From positions 6,696 through 70,695 of the IMG/VR virus record IMGVR_UViG_3300028536_000016: a DNA stretch of 64,000 bases; one strand, given 5' to 3'. Every line of letters starts with the position of its first letter. Position 1 is the stretch's first letter. Shown one piece after another: positions 46,101 to 55,223 of this stretch. A program made the position numbers and the translations under genes. This DNA comes from a virus. The notes beneath the pieces are model-generated. The model made no database searches. It was not told the origin of the DNA and was given only the letters and a program-made list of their open reading frames with translations.

Positions 46101-47654
46101 CTAGATGGCCCCACCGTCGCCCACGGCCTGCCCACGGACGAGCCTGAGCCCATCCATGGCCTTTCTGCGAACTTCATCATCAACGCCATCTAGGATTTCT
46201 TTTGTCACTTTGAATCTCTTTGGAGCAGAGTCACTAGCGCTTTCTGGTTTTGGTTCAGAAGGGGCCTGCAATGGAACTGGCGGTTCGTAATTTTCTATCT
46301 CGTCAACGTCCAATAGGAGAGGAGACGTGAAAAGCCGCTTTTTCTCATTGATACACAGGCACATCCAATCAATTACCTTGGCCTTCTCGCTAGGCGGAAG
46401 TGCGGGAAGCAAAACCTCCACGACAGCAATGATGGCCTTGAGAACAACATCCTCTGCCTTAGCCTTCTCACTGTCAGGCTCATCAAGGAGATTGGGCCAT
46501 GTCGCAGTGAAACTGTTACGCCATTCGTTGAAGGCGGCAGCGTAGGAGACGCCCACATACTCATCCGGGTATCGGCTCTGGACCGTGGCGTAAAAGTCTT
46601 CATTCCAGGCCCTGTATTGTACGATCTGGTCCATAAAGGTGTAGAGAGGATCAAGCCAGGAGCGGATGGATTCGATGAATTGCGCGACCGCTTTGGCATC
46701 TTCGGTTCCTTCGCCAAAGCCTTCCGCATAGGTTTCCGCCAGCACGATCTTGGCCGGGGTGCCGCAGGCTGCAGCCTCGTTCTCGATGATGTTCTTGCGC
46801 GCTAGCTCGTAGGGGCCTTCGAGGTTCTGCATGTTGAGGCTCTCTATGTCCTCATCCACCCCGATGTTGATGACATTGCCGACCTGAGCCTCTTTGACGA
46901 TCTCGCGTTTCTTGCCTAGCATTCGCGACATGATGCCATCGACGGCGGACGACTGCATCTGCATCTTGGCCACCAGAACCCCGGCCTTGAGCGCGATCAT
47001 CATATCAGTCGCCATCGTCATGACGAAGGATTTCAACGGCATGAGGCCGCGCTGATAGACCGAACGGCCCACAAAACCGAATCCCGAACTCTGGTACGCG
47101 ATGTAGATCGGCGCTTCGTTCATCAGCACACAGACGCGCGAGCGATGATAGGACTGTCCGTTCACACTCACACCCGTCGGCTTCTGGTAGTCCAGCGCAT
47201 TTGGATCCTGGCTAAGGACCAGCGAGCCAGCGGTGTTAAGTGGATCCCAGACATTGAAGGAAACCGTTGCCTTGTCGAGCTTTTTGAAATCCAATTCGAT
47301 TGCTGAGTTATCATCCTTCACGACCGCACCAAGGGTCGAGACGCCATAGACCCGCGCCAGTCTGCCGGTATTGAAGATATTGAGGTCCGCGTGGACGTTC
47401 TTCCACTCGGTCAGGAACGCCTCGACCAGCATCTCCCCATCGTCCGGCGCCTTCGGGATTGTGATCTTGCGCGGCTTATGCTGCGCCATGGAAATGGGGA
47501 AGTCCGTCAACTTTGCCCCATGCGGATGATTCAGATAAATTTCGCGGCAAAGTTCATAGCCGGGCTGCGCGCCGGGTTGGATGCTATCCGCCATCAGGAG
47601 TGTCTGGAGCGCGGTTCCCAGGTACTCGAAGCCATTGATAGTATTCTGTGCCAT
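46101..47654 (-). CDS. Portal protein (DUF1073 family)
   Basis: DPLNTAGSLVL.QDPN, FGFVGRSVYQR, GFGEGTEDAK. Confidence 0.9.
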   Translation of the reverse strand: MAQNTINGFEYLGTALQTLLMADSIQPGAQPGYELCREIYLNHPHGAKLTDFPISMAQHKPRKITIPKAPDDGEMLVEAFLTEWKNVHADLNIFNTGRLARVYGVSTLGAVVKDDNSAIELDFKKLDKATVSFNVWDPLNTAGSLVLSQDPNALDYQKPTGVSVNGQSYHRSRVCVLMNEAPIYIAYQSSGFGFVGRSVYQRGLMPLKSFVMTMATDMMIALKAGVLVAKMQMQSSAVDGIMSRMLGKKREIVKEAQVGNVINIGVDEDIESLNMQNLEGPYELARKNIIENEAAACGTPAKIVLAETYAEGFGEGTEDAKAVAQFIESIRSWLDPLYTFMDQIVQYRAWNEDFYATVQSRYPDEYVGVSYAAAFNEWRNSFTATWPNLLDEPDSEKAKAEDVVLKAIIAVVEVLLPALPPSEKAKVIDWMCLCINEKKRLFTSPLLLDVDEIENYEPPVPLQAPSEPKPESASDSAPKRFKVTKEILDGVDDEVRRKAMDGLRLVRGQAVGDGGAI

Positions 47655-47774
47655 GTGCGTCCCGCCTGTTTGGGAGGCACCTTACTAGATGCGGGGGGGA
47701 TGGGGTAGGGGCTAGGTGAAGGGTCAAAGAGATCGAAGAAATTCTTTTGCGCTAGCCCTACGGCTAATTTCCTT

Positions 47775-47912
47775 TCGGCCATACGACGAAACCGCCAAGG
47801 GATGCGACCCCCTCGACGGCTTCTGGATTCGGACCTTTCCCCTAACCGGTCGGGCTGAGGAAGACCATGTCGTTAGACTCAGAGAGAGTATTCCTGATCG
47901 GCTGAATGTCAA
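47775..47912 (-). promoter_or_regulatory. Promoter with a ~100-nt structured transcript ending in a terminator-like hairpin (sRNA or attenuated leader)
   Basis: TTGACA(47912-07)-16-TACTCT; hairpin GAAGCCGTCGAGGG/CCCTTGGCGGTTTC. Confidence 0.55.
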
Positions 47913-47950
47913 GGGTTTGGGAGTTAGACCGCTAGCGCAGCGATTCCATA

Positions 47951-49342
47951 CTAGAAACCGTGTGACCCTCCAAGGGCCAAGGCGGCTCCATAGACAAATC
48001 CGTCCAAAAGGTCGTCTGCCCGTCGTGCAGCGTCCTTGTCGCCAATTCGATAGCCGGTCACCTGTCCAATAAGATGGTTTCGTGATGTTCCCTTGTAGAT
48101 CATCGTCTTATCAAATGCGTATTGGCTTATCTTTATCTTACCCTGGAAATGATGGCTTGATACGGCAATAGCCCTTTCGTCTTTTCCAATTGCCGTAAAT
48201 GCCGCATCAATGGCATGCATTTGCCACTCGTGCCTTTTGCCATGCTGAATTAATGTTTGGCCGCTGGCGCGGTCCTCCACGAAAATTCCAACCGATCCCT
48301 CGCGCGCGCCACACATGCGGGACAATTCCTCAAGTCGCGGATATACAACGCCAGGCACCCACGTATTGAGAAGGTCTGACTCTATCTGGATAATTTCCCA
48401 ATCTAGAATAACTAAAGGAGTTCCAAAGAACTGATTTCTCGCGAAGTAAATTACCGCTGTGCCGTCATTTGCAGTACCTGTCTTCACTGCGCTATCAATT
48501 ACCGCGAATACACGGTCGCATTTATCGGGATATGGAACGGGCTTATTGTTATCATCCAGCCATTTATCTATGGCAAAAAAGGCAACACCACTCCAGTCAA
48601 TGAAATCTGCACCATATTCTTGTGCGTATACAAGGGGAGGCGTCTTTTTTCTTAGGTCATCGAAATATAGCTGGCGATCCAATTCATGCTGCTGATTGGT
48701 CCGCTCGGAATAGCGTCCAGGCACGAGCGGATTATTCCAGCTTGGCTCATGGACCTCGATGAATTTATGTTCCGGCTGGTTGCAAACCTGCCAAAGGAAA
48801 TTATCCGGATCTATACCATTTGTATTGCTAGCCGCGACACAGCTTCCGCGCAGATCCAGCAGCGTCGGATAAATGGCCTTATCCCAGATATCCATCATGT
48901 TGGGCTTGGTGAAGGCCACCTCATCCAGCAGAACGCGCTTATATTTCCGCGATCGGCCAGCATGCTCGTCTTCGAGCGTCCAGAAATCAATACGGCCACC
49001 CGTGTTGAGCCGGATCACACCATCCGTCTTATTGGCACCGCCTCTTGTTGGAATAACTGGCGCCAAAGTAACGCTAAGCTCTTGATACACCTCTATCATT
49101 CTCTTGTAATCGGGGGCAAAGATGCCACAAGGAAACCCCTTTAGGGCACCATCTCCGATCCATGTTTGACCATAGGCCGTTTTCCCCCACCGTCGACCGC
49201 ACCTAATGGCCTTTAGGCGGCCACCCGCATTCTGCGCAAAGGCTGAGTTGAGAGCTAGTTGCCGCTCAGATGGCTCCGTAGCCCAAAAGGCCCGTACCTG
49301 TCCCGGATGCAAAGTCGGCAGCTTGACCCGGACCTCACTCAT
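47951..49342 (-). CDS. terL: Terminase large subunit
   Basis: CGRRWGKT Walker A, VLLDEVAF Walker B, IDSAVKTG, DDLLD nuclease motifs. Confidence 0.93.
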   Translation of the reverse strand: MSEVRVKLPTLHPGQVRAFWATEPSERQLALNSAFAQNAGGRLKAIRCGRRWGKTAYGQTWIGDGALKGFPCGIFAPDYKRMIEVYQELSVTLAPVIPTRGGANKTDGVIRLNTGGRIDFWTLEDEHAGRSRKYKRVLLDEVAFTKPNMMDIWDKAIYPTLLDLRGSCVAASNTNGIDPDNFLWQVCNQPEHKFIEVHEPSWNNPLVPGRYSERTNQQHELDRQLYFDDLRKKTPPLVYAQEYGADFIDWSGVAFFAIDKWLDDNNKPVPYPDKCDRVFAVIDSAVKTGTANDGTAVIYFARNQFFGTPLVILDWEIIQIESDLLNTWVPGVVYPRLEELSRMCGAREGSVGIFVEDRASGQTLIQHGKRHEWQMHAIDAAFTAIGKDERAIAVSSHHFQGKIKISQYAFDKTMIYKGTSRNHLIGQVTGYRIGDKDAARRADDLLDGFVYGAALALGGSHGF

Positions 49343-49514
49343 AACCCCACCGAAACCCACAGATCAGACCACCATTCCAGCAAGCCCACCTCACGTCGCC
49401 CTCAGTCGCCAGCGGAAACCCATTGCCCCGCAGCCACCGCACCGCGTCCGCAAGCGTGTCGAAGGCCATCTCCATATCCAAGCCGGCCGCAACCGGCCGC
49501 ACGCCCTCAGCCAT
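49335..49514 (-). CDS. Small NUMOD1-like DNA-binding module
   Basis: FDTLADAVRWL...ACWNGG..GFRWGY. Confidence 0.5.
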   Translation of the reverse strand: MAEGVRPVAAGLDMEMAFDTLADAVRWLRGNGFPLATEGDVRWACWNGGLICGFRWGYE

Positions 49515-49947
49515 GCTTGCTCGCGCGATCCGGAGCGCCCTGCTGGGCCGGTGGTGCCATGATCACCGTGGGATTGTCCTGCGGTAGATGGATGAGCCCA
49601 CTGGCGCGTGCGAGCAGATACAGGACCGTCATCAACACTCCGATCGCCGGCCACCACGTGATGACGGCCCGGCGCATCCTCGAACCACCATCGCGCCGAT
49701 CCTTGTCCTGCTCCAGTATGTCGATGCGTTTGTCCTGGCTTTCCATAATGAGTTGCAGCCGCGCCACATCCTCGTTGACGCGGTTGCTCTCGATGCGGGC
49801 GAGGCGCTCCAGCATCGTGATCTGGGTCTGCTGGACCCCTCGGACGGTTTCGGTAAGCGACTGAATGCTTTGGGCGAGCTGCTTAATGATCTCGAACTGG
49901 AATCGTAAATCCCCCTCAGAACCACCCGTAAAAGCCTCAGGCATCAT
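49507..49947 (-). CDS. Coiled-coil protein with C-terminal transmembrane segment
   Basis: ERLARIE coiled coil; WWPAIGVLMTVLYLLA. Confidence 0.7.
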   Translation of the reverse strand: MMPEAFTGGSEGDLRFQFEIIKQLAQSIQSLTETVRGVQQTQITMLERLARIESNRVNEDVARLQLIMESQDKRIDILEQDKDRRDGGSRMRRAVITWWPAIGVLMTVLYLLARASGLIHLPQDNPTVIMAPPAQQGAPDRASKHG

Positions 49948-50002
49948 GCCACATTTCCTTTGGGTGCGCAGTCTCGGAAGATGCGAGCGAAGCGGAGGAA
50001 GA

Positions 50003-52435
50003 TCATGGCGTGCCTCCTCCCACGGTATTGCTTGTTCCGCTGTTATTCACATTCGTGGCTGTGTTGACGTAGGCGTTGCTCTGTACATTGGCGAGTTGAG
50101 ATCCAGATTGCAGAAAGACCGCCGTATTGAATCCGCTGAAGGTGTTGCCGGTGATGGTGCCCGCATCCAGACTGTAGGTGCCGATCGATATGCCCGTTGA
50201 CGGCGTGCCTGAGAATTGAATGAAGGCGTTACCCATAATCGCGTATTGAACGCCTGGGATATCGACCGATGCAGTGGCAGTGCCTGAGGTATAGAAGGTA
50301 TTTCCAGCGAGCGTCACGCCGTCGATAGGTGCCTGAAGAAAGATATTTCGCGTGCCGCTGTTGAATTGACTTGCACTGATGGCGAGCTGATCATTGCCGA
50401 CATTGGCCGATGGTTGGGATATTGCCGTGCCGTTTCCGACAAAATTTGATGCGGAGATTTGGATCCCCTGCGCATAAGTCCCATACAATATACCGATGCC
50501 ACAGTCATTGAACTGGCTGGCAACAAGATTGAACTGCACTGGCAACAGAATCGATGAGCCCGCTATCTGCAGACATGTTCCCGCACTGCCATAAGCGGCA
50601 CCATCAGTGCTGCCGATTACGGCAACATTCTGAAAATTGACATTCGAGGCTCCGAAGATGCTGATGCCTATTCCGAAACGAAAGGCGGAATTGTAGCCGT
50701 CGTTGCCACGCACCGTCACACCGCTAATGTCATTCTGCGCCGGATTAGATCCACAAGTGCCGGATTGCGCGACATTGATTCCAACCGTCGTGGTGCTTTT
50801 GTTCCCAGCCAGGATCGAGAAATCCCTTAGGTGGAAACTTTGGGTGCAGTCATTGAGAAAGATATTGAGCCCATTGATCGCCGACGCCATCTTGACGCGT
50901 GTAAGATCAGCGCCATCGCCCACGACCATCAGGCTCGCAGCGACATCGGAGGATGTTCCGGCCTGTAGAGAAATCGCAGTATTGAACAGATAGGTTCCCG
51001 CTGGCATGTAAAGACAGATATTCTTGGCGCCAAAAATCGAAGCCACCAGCGCCACAGCAGAACTGTTGTCTACCGCACCTGTTCTGTCTCCGCCGAAATC
51101 CAAGAGATTATGGCAATTATAAGAACCAACGATCGCGCCGGTAGAACTTTTGTAAACGGCCAACCCTGTCGTACTATCGACATAGAACCGCTTATAACCG
51201 GACGCGGGATTAGCGACGCTGGCCCCGCTCACCATCGGCAAATCCAGACCGCCATTCTTGATCGTGACGCCACCTGTGCCTTTTGGGGTCAGGGCCATGT
51301 CGATGTTGGTATCAGTGCCTCCCGCCGCAATCTGCGGTGCCGAACCCACTGTGCCGCCAGTGACATCGAAGCGATTGACCGCGCTAGCGACCCAACCAAC
51401 ACGCATGGCTTCCAGTGTCTGCGGACCCCCGAGCGACACAAACTTACCATAAGCGGCAAGTTCCATGACGTCCTGATATTCCGATGAGAGATAGAGTGAT
51501 TTGAGGCGCCCGATACCCGATTGTTGAGCCCCAATCCGATAGCCGAATGGAGTTGAGTATGCGCTGAGATTTTCTTCATCTTGTCCGGTCGTTAACTGGA
51601 TGCGAAGCGTCGTGATCTGGTTATTAATATTGGTCGAATAGGAATAAGCTGCCGAACTGGTATCGCCCGGAGCACTTGCGAGCGTGTAGGTATCAGGATT
51701 GATATAGGTAACGCCGATGGGCACGCCATTGAGGAGTAGCTGGAATCCAGCACCGAATGCCTGCGATATGAAGGGATCACCATGAAGACGACTAAGCGTC
51801 GTGCCGGTGATCGAGGCCGTGCCGGAGCCTGTGGTAAGGGAATAACTCCAGATCTTAGTTCCAGCAGGCGGCGCAGCGCTCAGAGTTAGGCTGTTGGCAT
51901 TATTGAAAGTTGAAACCGTGTAAGCGATGCCATCGAACCAGAAGAAATGACCCACCATCTGAGCGACCCATGCGGCGCCAGTTGATCGTGTGACGGTAGT
52001 TGTTCCGGTTGAGACAGCTTCTCCGCCTGTGCCATTGGCATAGATATTGAACTCGGTCGGATTGAAAGGCTTGGTTGATTGAATCGCCGTCCAGTTCGGA
52101 TGTCCATCTTGGGCAAGATATGAACCATTGCCACCATCGCGTGGCCCGGCACCGCCAAGCTGGAGAACGCCGCCGCCGCCAAAAGAAACATTGCCGCCGA
52201 TCGTCGAATTGGTAAATGTCTGAGCCGCCGTCCAGATATTGGGGGTAGTGAGCAGTGCGGATGCGCCAAGATCGGCGATCTGCCCAGTCGTGCAGGTGCG
52301 GGGCACGCCGCCCTGAATGCAGGTGACCTTCTCAGCCCCTGTGGCGGGTGGCGTGATGGGCGGCGGCGTCTGGGCGAACGCAGGGGCCGCGCGAGCTACT
52401 AGCAATGCCCCTGCGAGGATGAACGGAACACGCAT
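50003..52435 (-). CDS. 810-aa tailspike/depolymerase-like protein with Sec signal peptide
   Basis: MRVPFILAGALLVARAAPAFA|Q; NLLDFGGDRTGAVDNSSA..LYMPAGTY pectate-lyase-3-type start; GNTF beta-helix coils. Confidence 0.82.
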   Translation of the reverse strand: MRVPFILAGALLVARAAPAFAQTPPPITPPATGAEKVTCIQGGVPRTCTTGQIADLGASALLTTPNIWTAAQTFTNSTIGGNVSFGGGGVLQLGGAGPRDGGNGSYLAQDGHPNWTAIQSTKPFNPTEFNIYANGTGGEAVSTGTTTVTRSTGAAWVAQMVGHFFWFDGIAYTVSTFNNANSLTLSAAPPAGTKIWSYSLTTGSGTASITGTTLSRLHGDPFISQAFGAGFQLLLNGVPIGVTYINPDTYTLASAPGDTSSAAYSYSTNINNQITTLRIQLTTGQDEENLSAYSTPFGYRIGAQQSGIGRLKSLYLSSEYQDVMELAAYGKFVSLGGPQTLEAMRVGWVASAVNRFDVTGGTVGSAPQIAAGGTDTNIDMALTPKGTGGVTIKNGGLDLPMVSGASVANPASGYKRFYVDSTTGLAVYKSSTGAIVGSYNCHNLLDFGGDRTGAVDNSSAVALVASIFGAKNICLYMPAGTYLFNTAISLQAGTSSDVAASLMVVGDGADLTRVKMASAINGLNIFLNDCTQSFHLRDFSILAGNKSTTTVGINVAQSGTCGSNPAQNDISGVTVRGNDGYNSAFRFGIGISIFGASNVNFQNVAVIGSTDGAAYGSAGTCLQIAGSSILLPVQFNLVASQFNDCGIGILYGTYAQGIQISASNFVGNGTAISQPSANVGNDQLAISASQFNSGTRNIFLQAPIDGVTLAGNTFYTSGTATASVDIPGVQYAIMGNAFIQFSGTPSTGISIGTYSLDAGTITGNTFSGFNTAVFLQSGSQLANVQSNAYVNTATNVNNSGTSNTVGGGTP

Positions 52436-52887
52436 CAGACGATCATCCTCCAGGAAGTAGCATTGACCACCAGCAGCACCCGTACGCCCGCCACATCCAG
52501 CGTCTGGGAACCGGCACTGCCATCATACAGGGCAATCTGGTCCGTCCCGTTCGCCGTCACGGTCACCGGATTGGTCTCAGCATTGAAATCCACATCGTAA
52601 ATCTCGATCCAGTCCCCGGGCGTGAGACCGCTCAGGGGCGGCAGGAAGAGCGAGAAGGCACCAACAGACGTCTGGACGCCATAGCTAGTCAACATCTGCA
52701 GCGACGTGCTGACGGCCACCAGCGCCCGTTGCTGGATGTTATAGTTGGCCCCGTAGGCGGTCGTGGAGCTATTGCCCCCTTGCGCGATCGGGACGGGGTA
52801 ATCGGCCTTGCCGCTGAAGGTCGCGGACCATTCGGCCGCGCTAGGCACATAGCCGGTAGGCCAGCCTGGATTGGATGGCGTGGCCAT
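52435..52887 (-). CDS. Appendage/adaptor-like protein
   Basis: PGW..GYVPSAAEW...KAD N-terminus; LPP...GD.I...D...N..TV beta domain. Confidence 0.7.
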   Translation of the reverse strand: MATPSNPGWPTGYVPSAAEWSATFSGKADYPVPIAQGGNSSTTAYGANYNIQQRALVAVSTSLQMLTSYGVQTSVGAFSLFLPPLSGLTPGDWIEIYDVDFNAETNPVTVTANGTDQIALYDGSAGSQTLDVAGVRVLLVVNATSWRMIV

Positions 52888-52890
52888 GCG

Positions 52891-53466
52891 TCAAGGCTCC
52901 TGTGCGTCGTGGGCCGGTGGCGGCGGGTCGTTGTCGGGCAACCCACCCTCGATGACGAGCCGGGGCGCGACCTTGTTGGGATCCTGATGATCGGGAATCG
53001 GCTGTTGCAGGCGATCAGCCCAGAGTTGCGGGTTCATCTTGGCCGCCGCCTTGAGATAGGTCTCGATCTTGAGCGCCCGGTGGCCCAGCATGTCCTTGCG
53101 AACCGTCCGGATCTTGACCCCGATCTTGGCCCCTTCCGCAATGATGTCCTCGGCTGTCTCTTCCGTCCCCATCTCGACATTGCGCGCAATCGTGACCGTT
53201 TCCTCGATCCAGTATTGTTGTTGCCGAAGCTTGGCGAGCGCGAAGGGTTCTAGGAACTCCGGAATGAATTGCGGGCGCGTCGAATCCGCCCAATTGTAGA
53301 TCGAGGCGACGGCAGGGAAGCTTCCCCGTTCGCGCACATTGCCGTCGATGTCGTGACGGACCACCTCCATCAGGGTCTCGCCGGCCGAGATGCGTTCGCA
53401 GATTTCATGCGCCAAGGCTTCGCTGTAAAGCGTGGGGCGGCCAATCTTAGCTGGCTCATCAGACAC
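52891..53466 (-). CDS. terS: Terminase small subunit
   Basis: GRPTLYSEALAHEICERISAGETL, HRALKIET...KMNP, IEGGLP. Confidence 0.88.
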   Translation of the reverse strand: MSDEPAKIGRPTLYSEALAHEICERISAGETLMEVVRHDIDGNVRERGSFPAVASIYNWADSTRPQFIPEFLEPFALAKLRQQQYWIEETVTIARNVEMGTEETAEDIIAEGAKIGVKIRTVRKDMLGHRALKIETYLKAAAKMNPQLWADRLQQPIPDHQDPNKVAPRLVIEGGLPDNDPPPPAHDAQEP

Positions 53467-53487
53467 GCGCTTGCCCCCACGCCCACA

Positions 53488-53643
53488 CTAAATGCGCCCG
53501 AGCAGCAACAGCACAACCAGGACCACGATGATCAGACCTAGCCCGCTGGACGGATATGGACCCCATCCCGCGCTATGCGGCCAAGTCGGAAGTGCGCCCA
53601 AAAGCATAACGACCAGGAGGATAATCAAGATCATGCCAAGCAT
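53488..53643 (-). CDS. DUF3309-family small membrane protein
   Basis: MLGMILIILLVVMLLGALPTWPHSAGWGPYPSSGLGLIIVVLVVLLLLGRI. Confidence 0.85.
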   Translation of the reverse strand: MLGMILIILLVVMLLGALPTWPHSAGWGPYPSSGLGLIIVVLVVLLLLGRI

Positions 53644-53732
53644 GGGAAGGCCCTCCGCTGAATGCTATTTCCACTCCGCGCGCGATGGCTCGCCAAACGG
53701 ATGGACAAGAGAAGGCCCCATAGCATCCTCCC

Positions 53733-53761
53733 ACATAGCCCCTAAGCCCTCGAAGCGTCAA
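53733..53761 (-). promoter_or_regulatory. Putative promoter for DUF3309/terS
   Basis: TTGACG-17-CTATGT. Confidence 0.55.
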
Positions 53762-53769
53762 CGCACCCA

Positions 53770-53809
53770 GAAACGCAACCGGCCCCGAGATTTCTCCCGA
53801 GGCCAGTTG
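53770..53809 (-). terminator. Intrinsic terminator
   Basis: CAACTGGCCTCGGGA/TCTCGGGGCCGGTTG followed by CGTTTC. Confidence 0.65.
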
Positions 53810-53929
53810 GGCGGTCAATGTTCACGATCAGAAGGGGAAACCGCGCCCATTCCCTTCTCGCCTACTCCCGTCGCCCCCTTGGTCCTTGCGCGGATTTCCG
53901 GATCGACACGAACGGTTTCGCTGGGAATA

Positions 53930-54193
53930 TCAGGCGGCAGGCGCAGCCGGTTCGGCGGCATCGAGCTTGGCGGTCAGGCCATCGACGGTATCGGCAAGCG
54001 CATTCACGGCGGTGTCGTCGCTGCCGGGCAGTGCGGTGATCTTCGCCACAGCGGCATCGACGGAAGTCGAGAGCGTGGTCACAGAAGCGGTGAGGCGATC
54101 GAGAGCGGCGGACATGAGTTCAATCCTTTCGATGAGGGCTCGGTGATGGCCATCCAGCAAACGGCATAGCAGGTTTTCGATTCCCTTGAGCAT
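53930..54193 (-). CDS. Coiled-coil protein
   Basis: LDRLTASV...VDAAVAKI heptads; TTGACA promoter upstream near 54240. Confidence 0.7.
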   Translation of the reverse strand: MLKGIENLLCRLLDGHHRALIERIELMSAALDRLTASVTTLSTSVDAAVAKITALPGSDDTAVNALADTVDGLTAKLDAAEPAAPAA

Positions 54194-54360
54194 CGTCCGT
54201 CCGATCAGGTTGGCTAAATGCCACAACGCACGGCGATGTCAAGCGGGCTCAATCATAGGGCTCGTAATCGTCCTCGGGCCGATCCCGGAGCAGCCGCAGC
54301 GCGGAGCCCATGATCACGAAGGGAAGAGCAGCCAATATCGCTACGGCTGCGATGACAAGA

Positions 54361-54588
54361 CTAGCGACCATGACGTTTCTCCCATGTCTCGATGCGTTCG
54401 AATGTCCAGTTTTCTAATTCAGCGGCCACTTCGAATAATGTTCTGATGCTCCATCCCAGAATTGCGAATGCCGCCAATATTGCGATCAGGAATGGGGAGA
54501 CGATGAGGATGATTAGCCATGCGACCGGGCCACACAGGACTAGGAATGCTATCAGCATCAGGGCTAGGAAGAGGTTTATTGGTTTCAT
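54361..54588 (-). CDS. Small membrane protein
   Basis: Hydrophobic; RBS AAGGAG. Confidence 0.6.
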   Translation of the reverse strand: MKPINLFLALMLIAFLVLCGPVAWLIILIVSPFLIAILAAFAILGWSIRTLFEVAAELENWTFERIETWEKRHGR

Positions 54589-54611
54589 GCGGTGTCTCCT
54601 TGGCGGTTCTA

Positions 54612-55223
54612 TTAAAAATCAGGCAGATCCAAGACATCGGGTTCGCAATATCGGCCATCGTTCATCTGGACCAGCCAGCCTTTCGAAACACCCATATCGA
54701 AAACACCTCGCTGAAGTTCGGTTCCGTCCCGCAGCGCTTCGATTTCAGCGATCGATAGCGGTGCGGAATTCATCGGTTTCGAGGGCTCGATGAGGTTTCC
54801 ACCAATCCATCGAACGCTCCGACCTTCGGCTTCGAGCAAGCGATTGGCGCGGCTCCAGCTGGTTTCGCCGGGACGATGTTCGCGATCCTCGTTGATCCGT
54901 CGTTTCATAATTTCGCTGGCCAATGCAAGCAGTTCGCTCGCCTTTGGCATGAAGGCCTTGGCGCTGACCCACTGGCGCGTGGCCTGGTCCAGTACGCTTG
55001 GCGAAAGGTGTGCGACGTCCGTGGTCAGAAGTCCGATCAAATGGGCATGGGCCTCCAGATCAGCCGCTGCCGCTGGGCGGTAGCGTAAGCCAAGTTTCGC
55101 GATGATTTTCTTCGTTTCGGGATCGATCTGCGATTTCGCGTTCGGCTGCTCGGAGGAGGTCGAGGCTTGGGTCAGGGCGTGTGCCCCGAAGGGTTTGGTG
55201 GTTATAATGCCCGTTTGATCCAC
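54612..55223 (-). CDS. Replication accessory protein (helicase-loader position)
   Basis: W.....FMPKASEL motif; follows initiator. Confidence 0.6.
   Translation of the reverse strand: MDQTGIITTKPFGAHALTQASTSSEQPNAKSQIDPETKKIIAKLGLRYRPAAAADLEAHAHLIGLLTTDVAHLSPSVLDQATRQWVSAKAFMPKASELLALASEIMKRRINEDREHRPGETSWSRANRLLEAEGRSVRWIGGNLIEPSKPMNSAPLSIAEIEALRDGTELQRGVFDMGVSKGWLVQMNDGRYCEPDVLDLPDF

Noticed and set aside
47783-47875. Hammerhead-like words on + strand (CGAAAC ... CTGAGGA)
   Set aside because: Stem III lacks the A-U pair before the cleavage site, stem I cannot form, and G-U pairs favour the minus strand
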